In this document: one piece after another, positions 56,552 to 64,000 of the stretch | Position numbering within the stretch: the first letter of the stretch is position 1 | How the letters are laid out: each line of letters starts with the position of its first letter | Origin: an uncultured Chitinophaga sp. | GTDB lineage: Bacteria; Bacteroidota; Bacteroidia; UKL13-3 | DNA: 64,000 bases | NCBI GenBank assembly: GCA_964355075.1 | Contig: CAYHCF010000006.1 | Span: 32,821 to 96,820, forward strand | Reading direction: 5' to 3' | Notes under the pieces: model-generated | Told to the model about the DNA's origin: nothing | Seen by the model: the letters and a program-made list of their open reading frames with translations, nothing else | Database searches by the model: none | Position numbers and translations under genes: made by a program

Positions 56552-58057
56552 ATGATGATTCGGGAAAAGTCTGTTTCATGCGCCAAAATTGCCAAAGGTT
56601 ATTACCTGGTCATGTTATTTTTTGCGTGTGTATTTTGTTTGGTATCATTTGTGAATCATTACCAGTTCAGAACCTATTCATTTGATCTGGGACTGTATAA
56701 TCAGGCCATTTTTGATTATTCTCATGGAAGATTGAATCAATCAACTTTACTGGAACCTGATTTTCACCAGAGAAATCAACTGGCGGATCATTTCGATTTG
56801 TGGCTGATTTTAATTTCCCCGCTTTATTATATTTTTGGTAATTCTACCCTTTTGCTGATTCAAATACTCGCCATTCTATTTGGCGGTTTGGGTATTTCAA
56901 AATCAACTGAAACATTTAGTAACAATAAATGGATTCCCTTTCTCGCAATGATTCATTTTTTCAGTTTGTGGGGAATCTATGCTGCTCTGTCATTTGATTA
57001 CCATAGCAATGTAATCGCAGCCATGTTTGTGCCCTGGCTATTTTATTTTTTGCAACGAAATAAAAGCATTCCTGCTGTATTGATGTTTGTTTTAATTCTT
57101 ATTTGTAAGGAAAATATGGCGCTTTGGGCTGTGTTTATAGGCAGCGGTTTTGCATGGTATTACAGAAAGGATAAGTTGAAAAGAAATTTATGCCTGGGCC
57201 TTATGTTTTTTGCCATCCTGTATTTTGTTCTGGTAATGAAAATTTTTATGCCATCTTTTTCCATCGATAGCCAAAAATACATTCATTTTGACTTTAAGGC
57301 CTTAGGTTCAAATTTCATGGAAGCGATACAAACTATTCTGCAAAGGCCAATTTACGCGGCATCCCTGTTATTTGAGAGTCCGTATATTCAGCATGAAACC
57401 TATTGGATTAAAACAGAATTGTTTTCTTTTATTTTATTATGTGGAGGTTTTGCCCTGTTTTTTAATCCTGCATTTATATGGATGCTATTGCCCATTTTGG
57501 GTCAAAAATTGTTTAATGACGATTTCACCAAATGGGGAATTAATCACCAATATTCGATTGAGTTTGCACCCATACTGAGCCTGGCGTTATTTATCTGGAT
57601 TACTCAGATAAAATACAATAATAAAGTTAAAATAGCCCTGATTATGATAGCCATTACAATAGCTATGACTATCAAAGGTATGCAATCGCGTATCTCAATT
57701 TGGTATGATGAAAAGGATGAAAATATTTTCTGTATGAAACATTATCAAAGAGCCTTTGATATTAAAGAAATTCATAAGGTAATCAAACAGATCCCACCTG
57801 AATATTCTGTGAGTGCAAGTAGCACTCTGACGGCTCACCTGGCCGGACGAAAGCAAATTTATCAGTTTCCTTATATAAATAATGCTCAATTATTGTTGCT
57901 GTTAGCTGAGCCTGAAAGTTATTATCCTTTATCTGAAAGTGAATTCAAAACAAAATTTGTTGCGCTTCAGGCTGATAGCAACTATGTTTGCACGCTAAAT
58001 CACAATCCATTTTATATTTTTGTGAGGAAGGATGTTTCGTTTTCTGTAAAGGATTGA
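56552..58057 (+). CDS. DUF2079-like polytopic membrane protein (predicted GT-C-type)
   Basis: ORF 56492-58057. ATG 56552 is preferred because a TAnnTTTG box overlaps the TTG start. The motif YSFDLGLYNQAIFDYSHG recalls DUF2079. The protein has many TM segments and a C-terminal soluble domain. Confidence 0.6.
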   Translation: MMIREKSVSCAKIAKGYYLVMLFFACVFCLVSFVNHYQFRTYSFDLGLYNQAIFDYSHGRLNQSTLLEPDFHQRNQLADHFDLWLILISPLYYIFGNSTLLLIQILAILFGGLGISKSTETFSNNKWIPFLAMIHFFSLWGIYAALSFDYHSNVIAAMFVPWLFYFLQRNKSIPAVLMFVLILICKENMALWAVFIGSGFAWYYRKDKLKRNLCLGLMFFAILYFVLVMKIFMPSFSIDSQKYIHFDFKALGSNFMEAIQTILQRPIYAASLLFESPYIQHETYWIKTELFSFILLCGGFALFFNPAFIWMLLPILGQKLFNDDFTKWGINHQYSIEFAPILSLALFIWITQIKYNNKVKIALIMIAITIAMTIKGMQSRISIWYDEKDENIFCMKHYQRAFDIKEIHKVIKQIPPEYSVSASSTLTAHLAGRKQIYQFPYINNAQLLLLLAEPESYYPLSESEFKTKFVALQADSNYVCTLNHNPFYIFVRKDVSFSVKD

Positions 58058-58072
58058 TTTTATTTGTTAACC

Positions 58073-59041
58073 ATGTTTACATCGCCGCAGATTTCTTTTG
58101 TGATTCCGCTCTATAATGAGGAGGAAAATTTTGATGCGCTTATCGCACGTTTAAATCCTATTATGGATTCATTAAACAAGCTTTGTGAAGTGGTTTTGGT
58201 TGACGATGGCAGCAAGGATTTAACCCCTTTAAAAGCTGGCAATCTTGCGCTTTCCGATTCAAGATATCAGGCAGTTTTTCTTTCCCGCAATCACGGACAT
58301 CAATTGGCATTAAGTGCCGGGTTTAAAATGGCAACGGGCACCGAAGCAGTCATGGTTCTGGATGGTGATTTACAAGATGCTCCTGAGATGATTTTTGAAA
58401 TGTTGCTCAAAATGAATGAAGGCTATGAAGTGGTTTATGGGGTGAGAAAAAACCGCAAAGAATCCTGGATAAAAAAATTGGCATATTTTTCTTTTTATCG
58501 TTTGATCCAAATGCTGGCAAAGATTGATTTGCCACTGGATTCGGGAGATTTTGCACTTTTAAGCCGCAAAGTTGTGGATTACCTGAACCAAATGCCTGAA
58601 CAAAACAGATACCTGAGAGGAATGCGCGCCTGGGTTGGTTTTAAGCAAATTGGCATCCCTTATGAAAGAAGTGAAAGATATGCCGGAAATACCAAGTATT
58701 CCTTTCGCAAACTACTGGATCTTGCCTATTGTGGAATTTTTAATTTCAGTGATTTCCCGATTAAATTTATCACACGCTTAGGAATAACAACCATTTTGAT
58801 TTCGTTATTTTACCTGGTATATGTTTTGATTTCGAAATTTTTCTACCAGAATGTCCCCACCGGATTTACAGCCACCTTTATGGCTATCGTATTGTTTAGT
58901 GGTGTCCAACTTATATCTCTCGGCATCATCGGAGAATATGTTTTGAGAATATACCAGCAAAGTCAAAATCGACCCTTATTCATTATTGATAAAGTAATAA
59001 AAAATAAAACCCTTCATAATGGACAAGAACTATTATCTTGA
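58073..59041 (+). CDS. GtrB/ArnC-type polyprenyl-phosphate glycosyltransferase (GT2 with two C-terminal TM helices)
   Basis: ORF 58064-59041, with ATG 58073. It has ISFVIPLYNEE, LVDDGSKD, VLDGDLQDAP and the C-terminal LISLGIIGEYVLRIYQQSQNRPLFII. It is clearly paralogous to the C half of the 642-aa fusion. Confidence 0.85.
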   Translation: MFTSPQISFVIPLYNEEENFDALIARLNPIMDSLNKLCEVVLVDDGSKDLTPLKAGNLALSDSRYQAVFLSRNHGHQLALSAGFKMATGTEAVMVLDGDLQDAPEMIFEMLLKMNEGYEVVYGVRKNRKESWIKKLAYFSFYRLIQMLAKIDLPLDSGDFALLSRKVVDYLNQMPEQNRYLRGMRAWVGFKQIGIPYERSERYAGNTKYSFRKLLDLAYCGIFNFSDFPIKFITRLGITTILISLFYLVYVLISKFFYQNVPTGFTATFMAIVLFSGVQLISLGIIGEYVLRIYQQSQNRPLFIIDKVIKNKTLHNGQELLS

Positions 59042-59762
59042 GTATTATGAGCTTGAGCGAACCAATTGGTGGTTTAGAGCAAGGCAGGAAATAATCAGGT
59101 CACAGATCGTAAAATTATTTGGCAACAGAAGGGATTTATCCATTTTGAATATCGGAGTGGCAACAGGTGCTTCCAGTATCATGTTACAGGAATTTGGAAC
59201 CGTGAAATCAATAGAATACGACCCTGATTGTTATCGGTTTGTGAAAGAAAATGTGGATATTGACATAGAACCGGGTTCAATATTGGAACTTAGATTTAAA
59301 GCAAATTCATATGATCTGGTATGTTCATTTGATGTGATTGAACATGTTGAAGATGATAAGCTGGCAGCAACTGAAATGATGCGGGTATGTAAGCCCGATG
59401 GGTTTGTTTTTGTTACGGTTCCGGCCTTTATGAGTTTATGGAGTCATCATGATGAGGTTAACCACCATTGTCGCCGTTACCGAATGAACGAATTGAAATC
59501 CTTGTTTATTTCTTCAGGCCTTATTCAATTTTATTCTTATTTTAATTTTTTATTGTTTCTTCCGATTTATTTAATCCGAATCCTGAGCAAAATATTTCCT
59601 GTAATGTTTAAGCGCGAAGGCTCGGGTTCTGATTTTGGCATGTTTAAATCAAAAAGTTTAGATTCAATTTTACATAAATTGTTTATATTGGAGAAAGTCC
59701 CGTTAAAATTTGGAATAAAATTCCCATTCGGGGTCTCCGCGCTCCTGATCTGGAAAAAATAA
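59019..59762 (+). CDS. Class I SAM-dependent methyltransferase
   Basis: 247-aa ORF with motif I ILNIGVATGASSIMLQE and a later DLVCSFDVIEHVEDD. It overlaps the GT2 gene by 23 nt. Confidence 0.8.
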   Translation: MDKNYYLEYYELERTNWWFRARQEIIRSQIVKLFGNRRDLSILNIGVATGASSIMLQEFGTVKSIEYDPDCYRFVKENVDIDIEPGSILELRFKANSYDLVCSFDVIEHVEDDKLAATEMMRVCKPDGFVFVTVPAFMSLWSHHDEVNHHCRRYRMNELKSLFISSGLIQFYSYFNFLLFLPIYLIRILSKIFPVMFKREGSGSDFGMFKSKSLDSILHKLFILEKVPLKFGIKFPFGVSALLIWKK

Positions 59763-59782
59763 AAGCAAATGGTTTTTACGAT

Positions 59783-59823
59783 CAGTCAACTGTCAACCGT
59801 CAACCGACAAGTCAACTGTCAAT
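59783..59823. repeat. Short tandem heptamer tract (NNGTCAA)
   Basis: cagtcaa ctgtcaa ccgtcaa ccgacaa gtcaa ctgtcaa tc. It lies between convergent genes and overlaps the stop codon of the adaptor gene. Confidence 0.75.
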
Positions 59824-61186
59824 CTTTCTTTCTGGCCTCAAACAATTCTTCTTTGCTTACTTTCTTTATCATGTCGCCATGCTTGAGCGTTTTGGAAATG
59901 CTGCTGTAGGGTCCCGAAATTATTTCCTCACCTTCCTTAACTCCCTCAATGATCTGAATTACTTTATCGTCCTGAATACCGGTTTTTACCTTTCGTATAG
60001 AAGCTTTATTATTAACAACCAGGAATAAGACTTCAATATCATCTTTGCTTTTATCAACAACGATGGGTTTGGCATTATCCTTTTTTTCTTTGGTTTCAAT
60101 AGTATCTAAAGCGCTCAGAGACCTGACAGTTACTGCCTCGATAGGTGCGGCTAATATATCTTTTATGCGTTCAGTTTGAATCTCAACACTGGCACTCATA
60201 CCCGGCCTGAAAACTGATTTTCTTTTGCCAAATTTCCGGGTAAGATCATCGTAACTGCTTCGGAGTATCCTGATTTTAACCACAAAATTAGTAACCTGAT
60301 CGCTGGTGGTTAAGGCCGAAGTGGTTGCGCTATTGGCTATTTCAGTTACCAGACCTGTAAATTTCCGGTTCGGATAGGCATCCACTTCAATTTCTGCTGT
60401 ATCATTTAAACCAACTTTTATGATATCATTCTCATTCACATCCACGCTAACCTCCATATCATTCAGGTTGGCAATACGCATCATTTCAGTTCCGGCCATT
60501 TGCGAAGTACCTACTACCCGTTCGCCCTTCTCCACACTTAACTTGGATACAATTCCGCTAACAGGAGCAAATATTTCGGTTCGTGATAAACTTTTTCGGG
60601 ATTCTTTTAAAGTAGCTTCAAAACTTTTAACATTAAATTCCGCCGCATTAATGGATTGCTTACTGGCTTCAACTTCAGCTTTTGCATTTAGGAAAGCGCT
60701 TTTGGCCGCATCAAACTCTGCATCGGAGATAAGCTTTTCGGCAAATAATTTTTGATTGCGTTCAAATGATTTGGCCAATTCATTGTATCGTGCTTCCGAT
60801 TGAACCAACCGGGCTCGTGTGGTTGCAAGGTTTGCCTTGATATTATTTAAGGAGGCTTCCGATCGGTCTAATGCAGATTGATATAATTCCGGATCTATGC
60901 GAGCCATTAACCTTCCTGCAATAACTGAATCGCCTTCTTTTACATACAATTCCCTGATTTCACCTGAAACATCCGAACTTATTTTCACTTCTTTTTCGGG
61001 TTGAATCCGGCCATTTGCCGAAACGGTTTCTATAATTGTTTTGCGTTCAACCTTAGCAATGGTTACCGCTATTCCTTCCTTTTTGCCAATCCACCCGGCT
61101 TGTTTGCCAATAATGGCGAGTACAATCAAAACGCCAACCCCAATTCCTAAATATAGAAGTATTTTATTTTTTTTCTTTGTTGCCAT
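59819..61186 (-). CDS. Efflux periplasmic adaptor subunit (HlyD/MacA/RND-MFP family)
   Basis: 455-aa ORF with an N-terminal TM anchor, a lipoyl-like half-motif (ISSDVSGEIRELYVKEGDSV), a long coiled-coil hairpin and a beta-barrel domain. Confidence 0.85.
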   Translation of the reverse strand: MATKKKNKILLYLGIGVGVLIVLAIIGKQAGWIGKKEGIAVTIAKVERKTIIETVSANGRIQPEKEVKISSDVSGEIRELYVKEGDSVIAGRLMARIDPELYQSALDRSEASLNNIKANLATTRARLVQSEARYNELAKSFERNQKLFAEKLISDAEFDAAKSAFLNAKAEVEASKQSINAAEFNVKSFEATLKESRKSLSRTEIFAPVSGIVSKLSVEKGERVVGTSQMAGTEMMRIANLNDMEVSVDVNENDIIKVGLNDTAEIEVDAYPNRKFTGLVTEIANSATTSALTTSDQVTNFVVKIRILRSSYDDLTRKFGKRKSVFRPGMSASVEIQTERIKDILAAPIEAVTVRSLSALDTIETKEKKDNAKPIVVDKSKDDIEVLFLVVNNKASIRKVKTGIQDDKVIQIIEGVKEGEEIISGPYSSISKTLKHGDMIKKVSKEELFEARKKD

Positions 61187-61203
61187 TTGATCAAATCTAA
61201 TAA

Positions 61204-62655
61204 TTAATACAGGGGTTTACCTAAATAAAAATCCATAACTTTTCGTCTGAAAACCAATTCATATTTTGCCTGAGTATAATCGGCCTGAGCGCGAATGTAG
61301 CTATTTTTGGTATTTAAGTAATCAGCCATATTCATGGCTCCTAATTCAAATTGTTTATCGGCAACTTCAAATGCTTCCTTATTAGCGTCTGCATTTTCTT
61401 TATTGGCTTCAAATTTCTTGTAGGCCGATTTAAAGTCGACATAGGATTGAGCAATGCTACGGTACAAATTATTTCGTGTTAATTTTTCGCTGAGGCGGCT
61501 ATTCTCCTGATTGATCGTACTTTTTTGAATGTTGTTATTTACACTCCATCCGTTAAAAATAGGTACAGATAAATTCAGGCTTATATTACTGCCCAGATTA
61601 CGGTCGTATTGATCTTTGAAGGATATCGTTTCGTAACTTGAATATCCAGAGGGAATATAGCTGTATACTGGAATAGCAGTACTATTATAATCTCCCGACC
61701 CGATTAAGGTCTTCGTCAGTATCGGTGATCCAACACCTGTTTTACTTTGCGTGCTGTAAAATGAGGATAAACTACCGGTTAATGATAATCTTGGCGAACG
61801 CTGACCTCTGGCAATATAATTTTGAAGTTCGGCGCTTCTTTTCCTTTGTTCGGCGGCAAGTATATCAGGGCTCCTTTTACTGTATTCATCAAAAATGGCT
61901 TCAATCGTTCCTGGCTCATCAGTTATTGCAAATTGTTCGGTATTTGGCATTATGATGGTATTTACGGGATCCGGTTTTACCTCTATCATTAACCACAATT
62001 CCAGGTAAGCCTGACTAACCGTATTTTCAGCATTAACCAATTGTAATTCCTCTCCTGCAAGTTGCGCCTTTAATTGCAGGTATTTGCTTTTATTACTGCT
62101 ACCCAGATCGTACATTTTTTGTTGACGCTCAACCTGAGCTTTCGTAGCTTCAATGCGTGTTGCAGCCGAATTTTTCAATTCAATACTTTGTAAAACCCTT
62201 AAGTAAGCATTGCAAACATTTAATGAAATAGCATTTTTTGTTTGCTCAAAATCTTTTTCACTTGCTTTCACGTTTGATTCCTGTAAACGAATAGTATTCG
62301 TTGTTTGAAAACCATTAAACAGCGGCATATTGGCTGATACCCCAAATGAATTGGTTCTAAAAGAAACCCCTGCCTGAGCATTATTTGTTGAGGGGTTTAT
62401 CGCAAAACCCGTCTGCCAATTATTGGTTGCACTTCCATTGATTGACGGTAATGCGGATAATTTACTTTGGAAATAGTCTGCCTTTATACTCTGTGTAGTT
62501 AATTTTTGTTGCTGTATGGTGATGTTTTTGCTTAAAGCCTGTTCAATACATGCTTGTAACGACCATACGTTTTCAACCTGTGCAAATAAATTACATTGGC
62601 AAAAAAAATGAACACATAAAAGGATCGTATTTTTTCTTAATATTTGAACCATCAT
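61204..62655 (-). CDS. TolC-family outer-membrane efflux protein
   Basis: 483-aa ORF with a signal peptide and two TolC-like repeats rich in coiled-coil (LSLQACIEQALSKN..., ...YTQAKYELVFRRKVMDFYLG). It lies directly upstream of the adaptor gene. Confidence 0.85.
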   Translation of the reverse strand: MMVQILRKNTILLCVHFFCQCNLFAQVENVWSLQACIEQALSKNITIQQQKLTTQSIKADYFQSKLSALPSINGSATNNWQTGFAINPSTNNAQAGVSFRTNSFGVSANMPLFNGFQTTNTIRLQESNVKASEKDFEQTKNAISLNVCNAYLRVLQSIELKNSAATRIEATKAQVERQQKMYDLGSSNKSKYLQLKAQLAGEELQLVNAENTVSQAYLELWLMIEVKPDPVNTIIMPNTEQFAITDEPGTIEAIFDEYSKRSPDILAAEQRKRSAELQNYIARGQRSPRLSLTGSLSSFYSTQSKTGVGSPILTKTLIGSGDYNSTAIPVYSYIPSGYSSYETISFKDQYDRNLGSNISLNLSVPIFNGWSVNNNIQKSTINQENSRLSEKLTRNNLYRSIAQSYVDFKSAYKKFEANKENADANKEAFEVADKQFELGAMNMADYLNTKNSYIRAQADYTQAKYELVFRRKVMDFYLGKPLY

Positions 62656-62697
62656 TTCTAATTTGACTTTTTAATTTTTTTCAGCGGCACAAAAATA

Positions 62698-63318
62698 ATG
62701 TTTAAATACAGAATACCTCAACTTCTTCAATTTGTAGCAGGAAACTATACATGGAAGGTTAAAACAACAGATAAAAAGTTGTTTTTGACCTTTGATGATG
62801 GTCCGCACCCATTAATTACACCATGGGTATTAACACAATTAGCACAATATCAAGCAAAAGCAACTTTTTTTTGTGTTGGTGACAATGTCAGAAAATTCCC
62901 TGAAAACTATGCTGAAATACTTTCCTATCAACATTCGGTTGGAAATCACACCTATCATCACCTAAATGGCTGGAGAACAAATACCGAAGATTATATGAAA
63001 GACGTAAAGGAGGCTGCTCAATGGATTCATAGTCCCTTGTTTAGACCCCCATATGGACGGGTAAAGCCTGCTCAGGTAAGTAAGATAAAGCTGGATTTCC
63101 AAATAATTATGTGGAATTTTCTAAGTTGCGATTATGAACCAAATTTAAACAGGGAAAAAAGCCTAAATGCAATAAAGAAGGCTAAGGCCGGTAGCATTAT
63201 CGTTTTCCACGACAGTGAAAAAGCTTTTGAAAACCTGAAATTTTTATTGCCTCGCATTTTAACTTATTTTTCTGAGCTGGGTTTTACATTTGAATCTATC
63301 CCCTATTATAATAAATAA
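62698..63318 (+). CDS. Polysaccharide deacetylase (NodB homology domain, CE4)
   Basis: 206-aa ORF with the motifs LTFDDGPHP, GNHTYHH and RPPYG. Confidence 0.9.
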   Translation: MFKYRIPQLLQFVAGNYTWKVKTTDKKLFLTFDDGPHPLITPWVLTQLAQYQAKATFFCVGDNVRKFPENYAEILSYQHSVGNHTYHHLNGWRTNTEDYMKDVKEAAQWIHSPLFRPPYGRVKPAQVSKIKLDFQIIMWNFLSCDYEPNLNREKSLNAIKKAKAGSIIVFHDSEKAFENLKFLLPRILTYFSELGFTFESIPYYNK

Positions 63319-63320
63319 CC

Positions 63321-64000
63321 ATGTTTGAACTCATATTGTTAATTTTACTTTGGTTACACATCGTCATTCAATTACTTATTTTGGCAGCAAACAGGGTGAT
63401 AAATCAACCTGAAAGAAAAATTGCCAGCTTTCCCTTCGTAAGTATTTTGGTGGCGGCGAGAAATGAGGAGAATAATATAGAAACCTGTCTGAAAAGTTTA
63501 CTGGCATTGAATGTTCCTAAAGAGAATTATGAAATTTTGGTTGGTAACGATGGATCTACAGATCATACCCCTCTCATTGTTGAGAGACTTTCAGGTTCAC
63601 ACCCCTGTGTAAAATTATTTACGATTACCGAACAGCTGGGAACGGCGAAAGCGAAAGCCAATGTATTGGCTCATTTGGTTCATATGGCTAAGGGCGATTA
63701 TGTATTTGTTACCGATGCTGATATTCAGGTTTCACCAAATTGGGTCAGTCATATTATACCCTATTTGCTCGAACCTAATGTGGGAATAGTAAGTGGCACA
63801 ACTCTGGTCGAGGGGTCTGGATTATTTGAAAAAATGCAGGATATTGAATGGCTGTTGGCAAATGGAAACTTAATTGGGTTTGATAGTCTGGGAATAAAAA
63901 GTACCGCAGTGGGAAATAACATGGCTTTCAGCAAGGAGGCTTATTTTAAAACCGGTGGATATGAGCATATTCCATTTTCAGTAACCGAAGATTTTCAATT
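63321..64000 (+). CDS. Glycosyltransferase family 2, membrane-anchored (partial, runs off the right edge)
   Basis: Absent from the ORF track. My own translation from ATG 63321 gives MFELILLILLWLHIVIQLLILAANRVINQPERKIASFPFVSILVAARNEENNIETCLKSL...VGNDGSTDHT...VTDADIQVSPNW..., which stays open to the window end. Confidence 0.8.
   Translation, partial: MFELILLILLWLHIVIQLLILAANRVINQPERKIASFPFVSILVAARNEENNIETCLKSLLALNVPKENYEILVGNDGSTDHTPLIVERLSGSHPCVKLFTITEQLGTAKAKANVLAHLVHMAKGDYVFVTDADIQVSPNWVSHIIPYLLEPNVGIVSGTTLVEGSGLFEKMQDIEWLLANGNLIGFDSLGIKSTAVGNNMAFSKEAYFKTGGYEHIPFSVTEDFQ

Noticed and set aside
1-64000. tRNA, rRNA, tmRNA, RNase P and SRP RNA genes, plus transposase or integrase genes.
   Set aside because: I scanned the intergenic regions by eye for cloverleaf-like ends (GTTCRANYC, terminal CCA context) and for conserved cores such as GAGGAAAGTCCGGGC, and found none. 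No ORF shows transposase or integrase motifs. Proper tRNA and covariance-model scans could still reveal small RNAs that I missed.

Overview
This is a gene-dense, AT-rich chromosomal segment with about 54 protein-coding genes. I found no rRNA, tRNA or CRISPR array. It looks like a Bacteroidota genome: TonB-dependent receptors with carboxypeptidase-regulatory N-domains, tandem DUF1573 proteins, an overlapping ftsK-lolA pair, and two TTTG-N19-TAnnTTTG promoter matches.

**Core content**
- dnaA at 24996-26447, preceded by an AT-rich upstream region containing a palindrome.
- Envelope genes: lptD-like, amidase, mlaD, ftsK, lolA.
- An alpha-glucan cluster: GH31, a glycogen-synthase-like GT and GH57.
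- A fused E1 alpha/beta 2-oxoacid dehydrogenase.
- A split B12-dependent methylmalonyl-CoA mutase whose two subunits lie about 18 kb apart.
- folA, purD, yicC-gmk-nadD, gltX, frr, three efflux-type transporters and a TolC-adaptor pair.

**Accessory or unusual content**
1. A roughly 13.5 kb envelope-glycosylation island at 46.3-59.8 kb. It combines three polyprenyl-phosphate-type GT2 enzymes (one fused to an SDR epimerase/dehydratase), four large polytopic GT-C-like proteins, an embedded split transketolase and two methyltransferases. It has no Wzx/Wzy, initiating transferase or exporter. I do not recognise this combination as a described system, and it is my top candidate.
2. An AbiEii-type nucleotidyltransferase toxin with a small non-AbiEi partner immediately downstream of dnaA.
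3. An orphan AAA/DUF4143 ATPase next to a DUF2752 gene that appears 5'-truncated.
4. A family of intergenic heptamer and octamer tandem repeats at six or more loci, plus a 165-bp MITE-like long palindrome.

**Limits:** all functional calls come from motif recognition by eye on the supplied translations. No database search, HMM, folding or composition calculation could be run.
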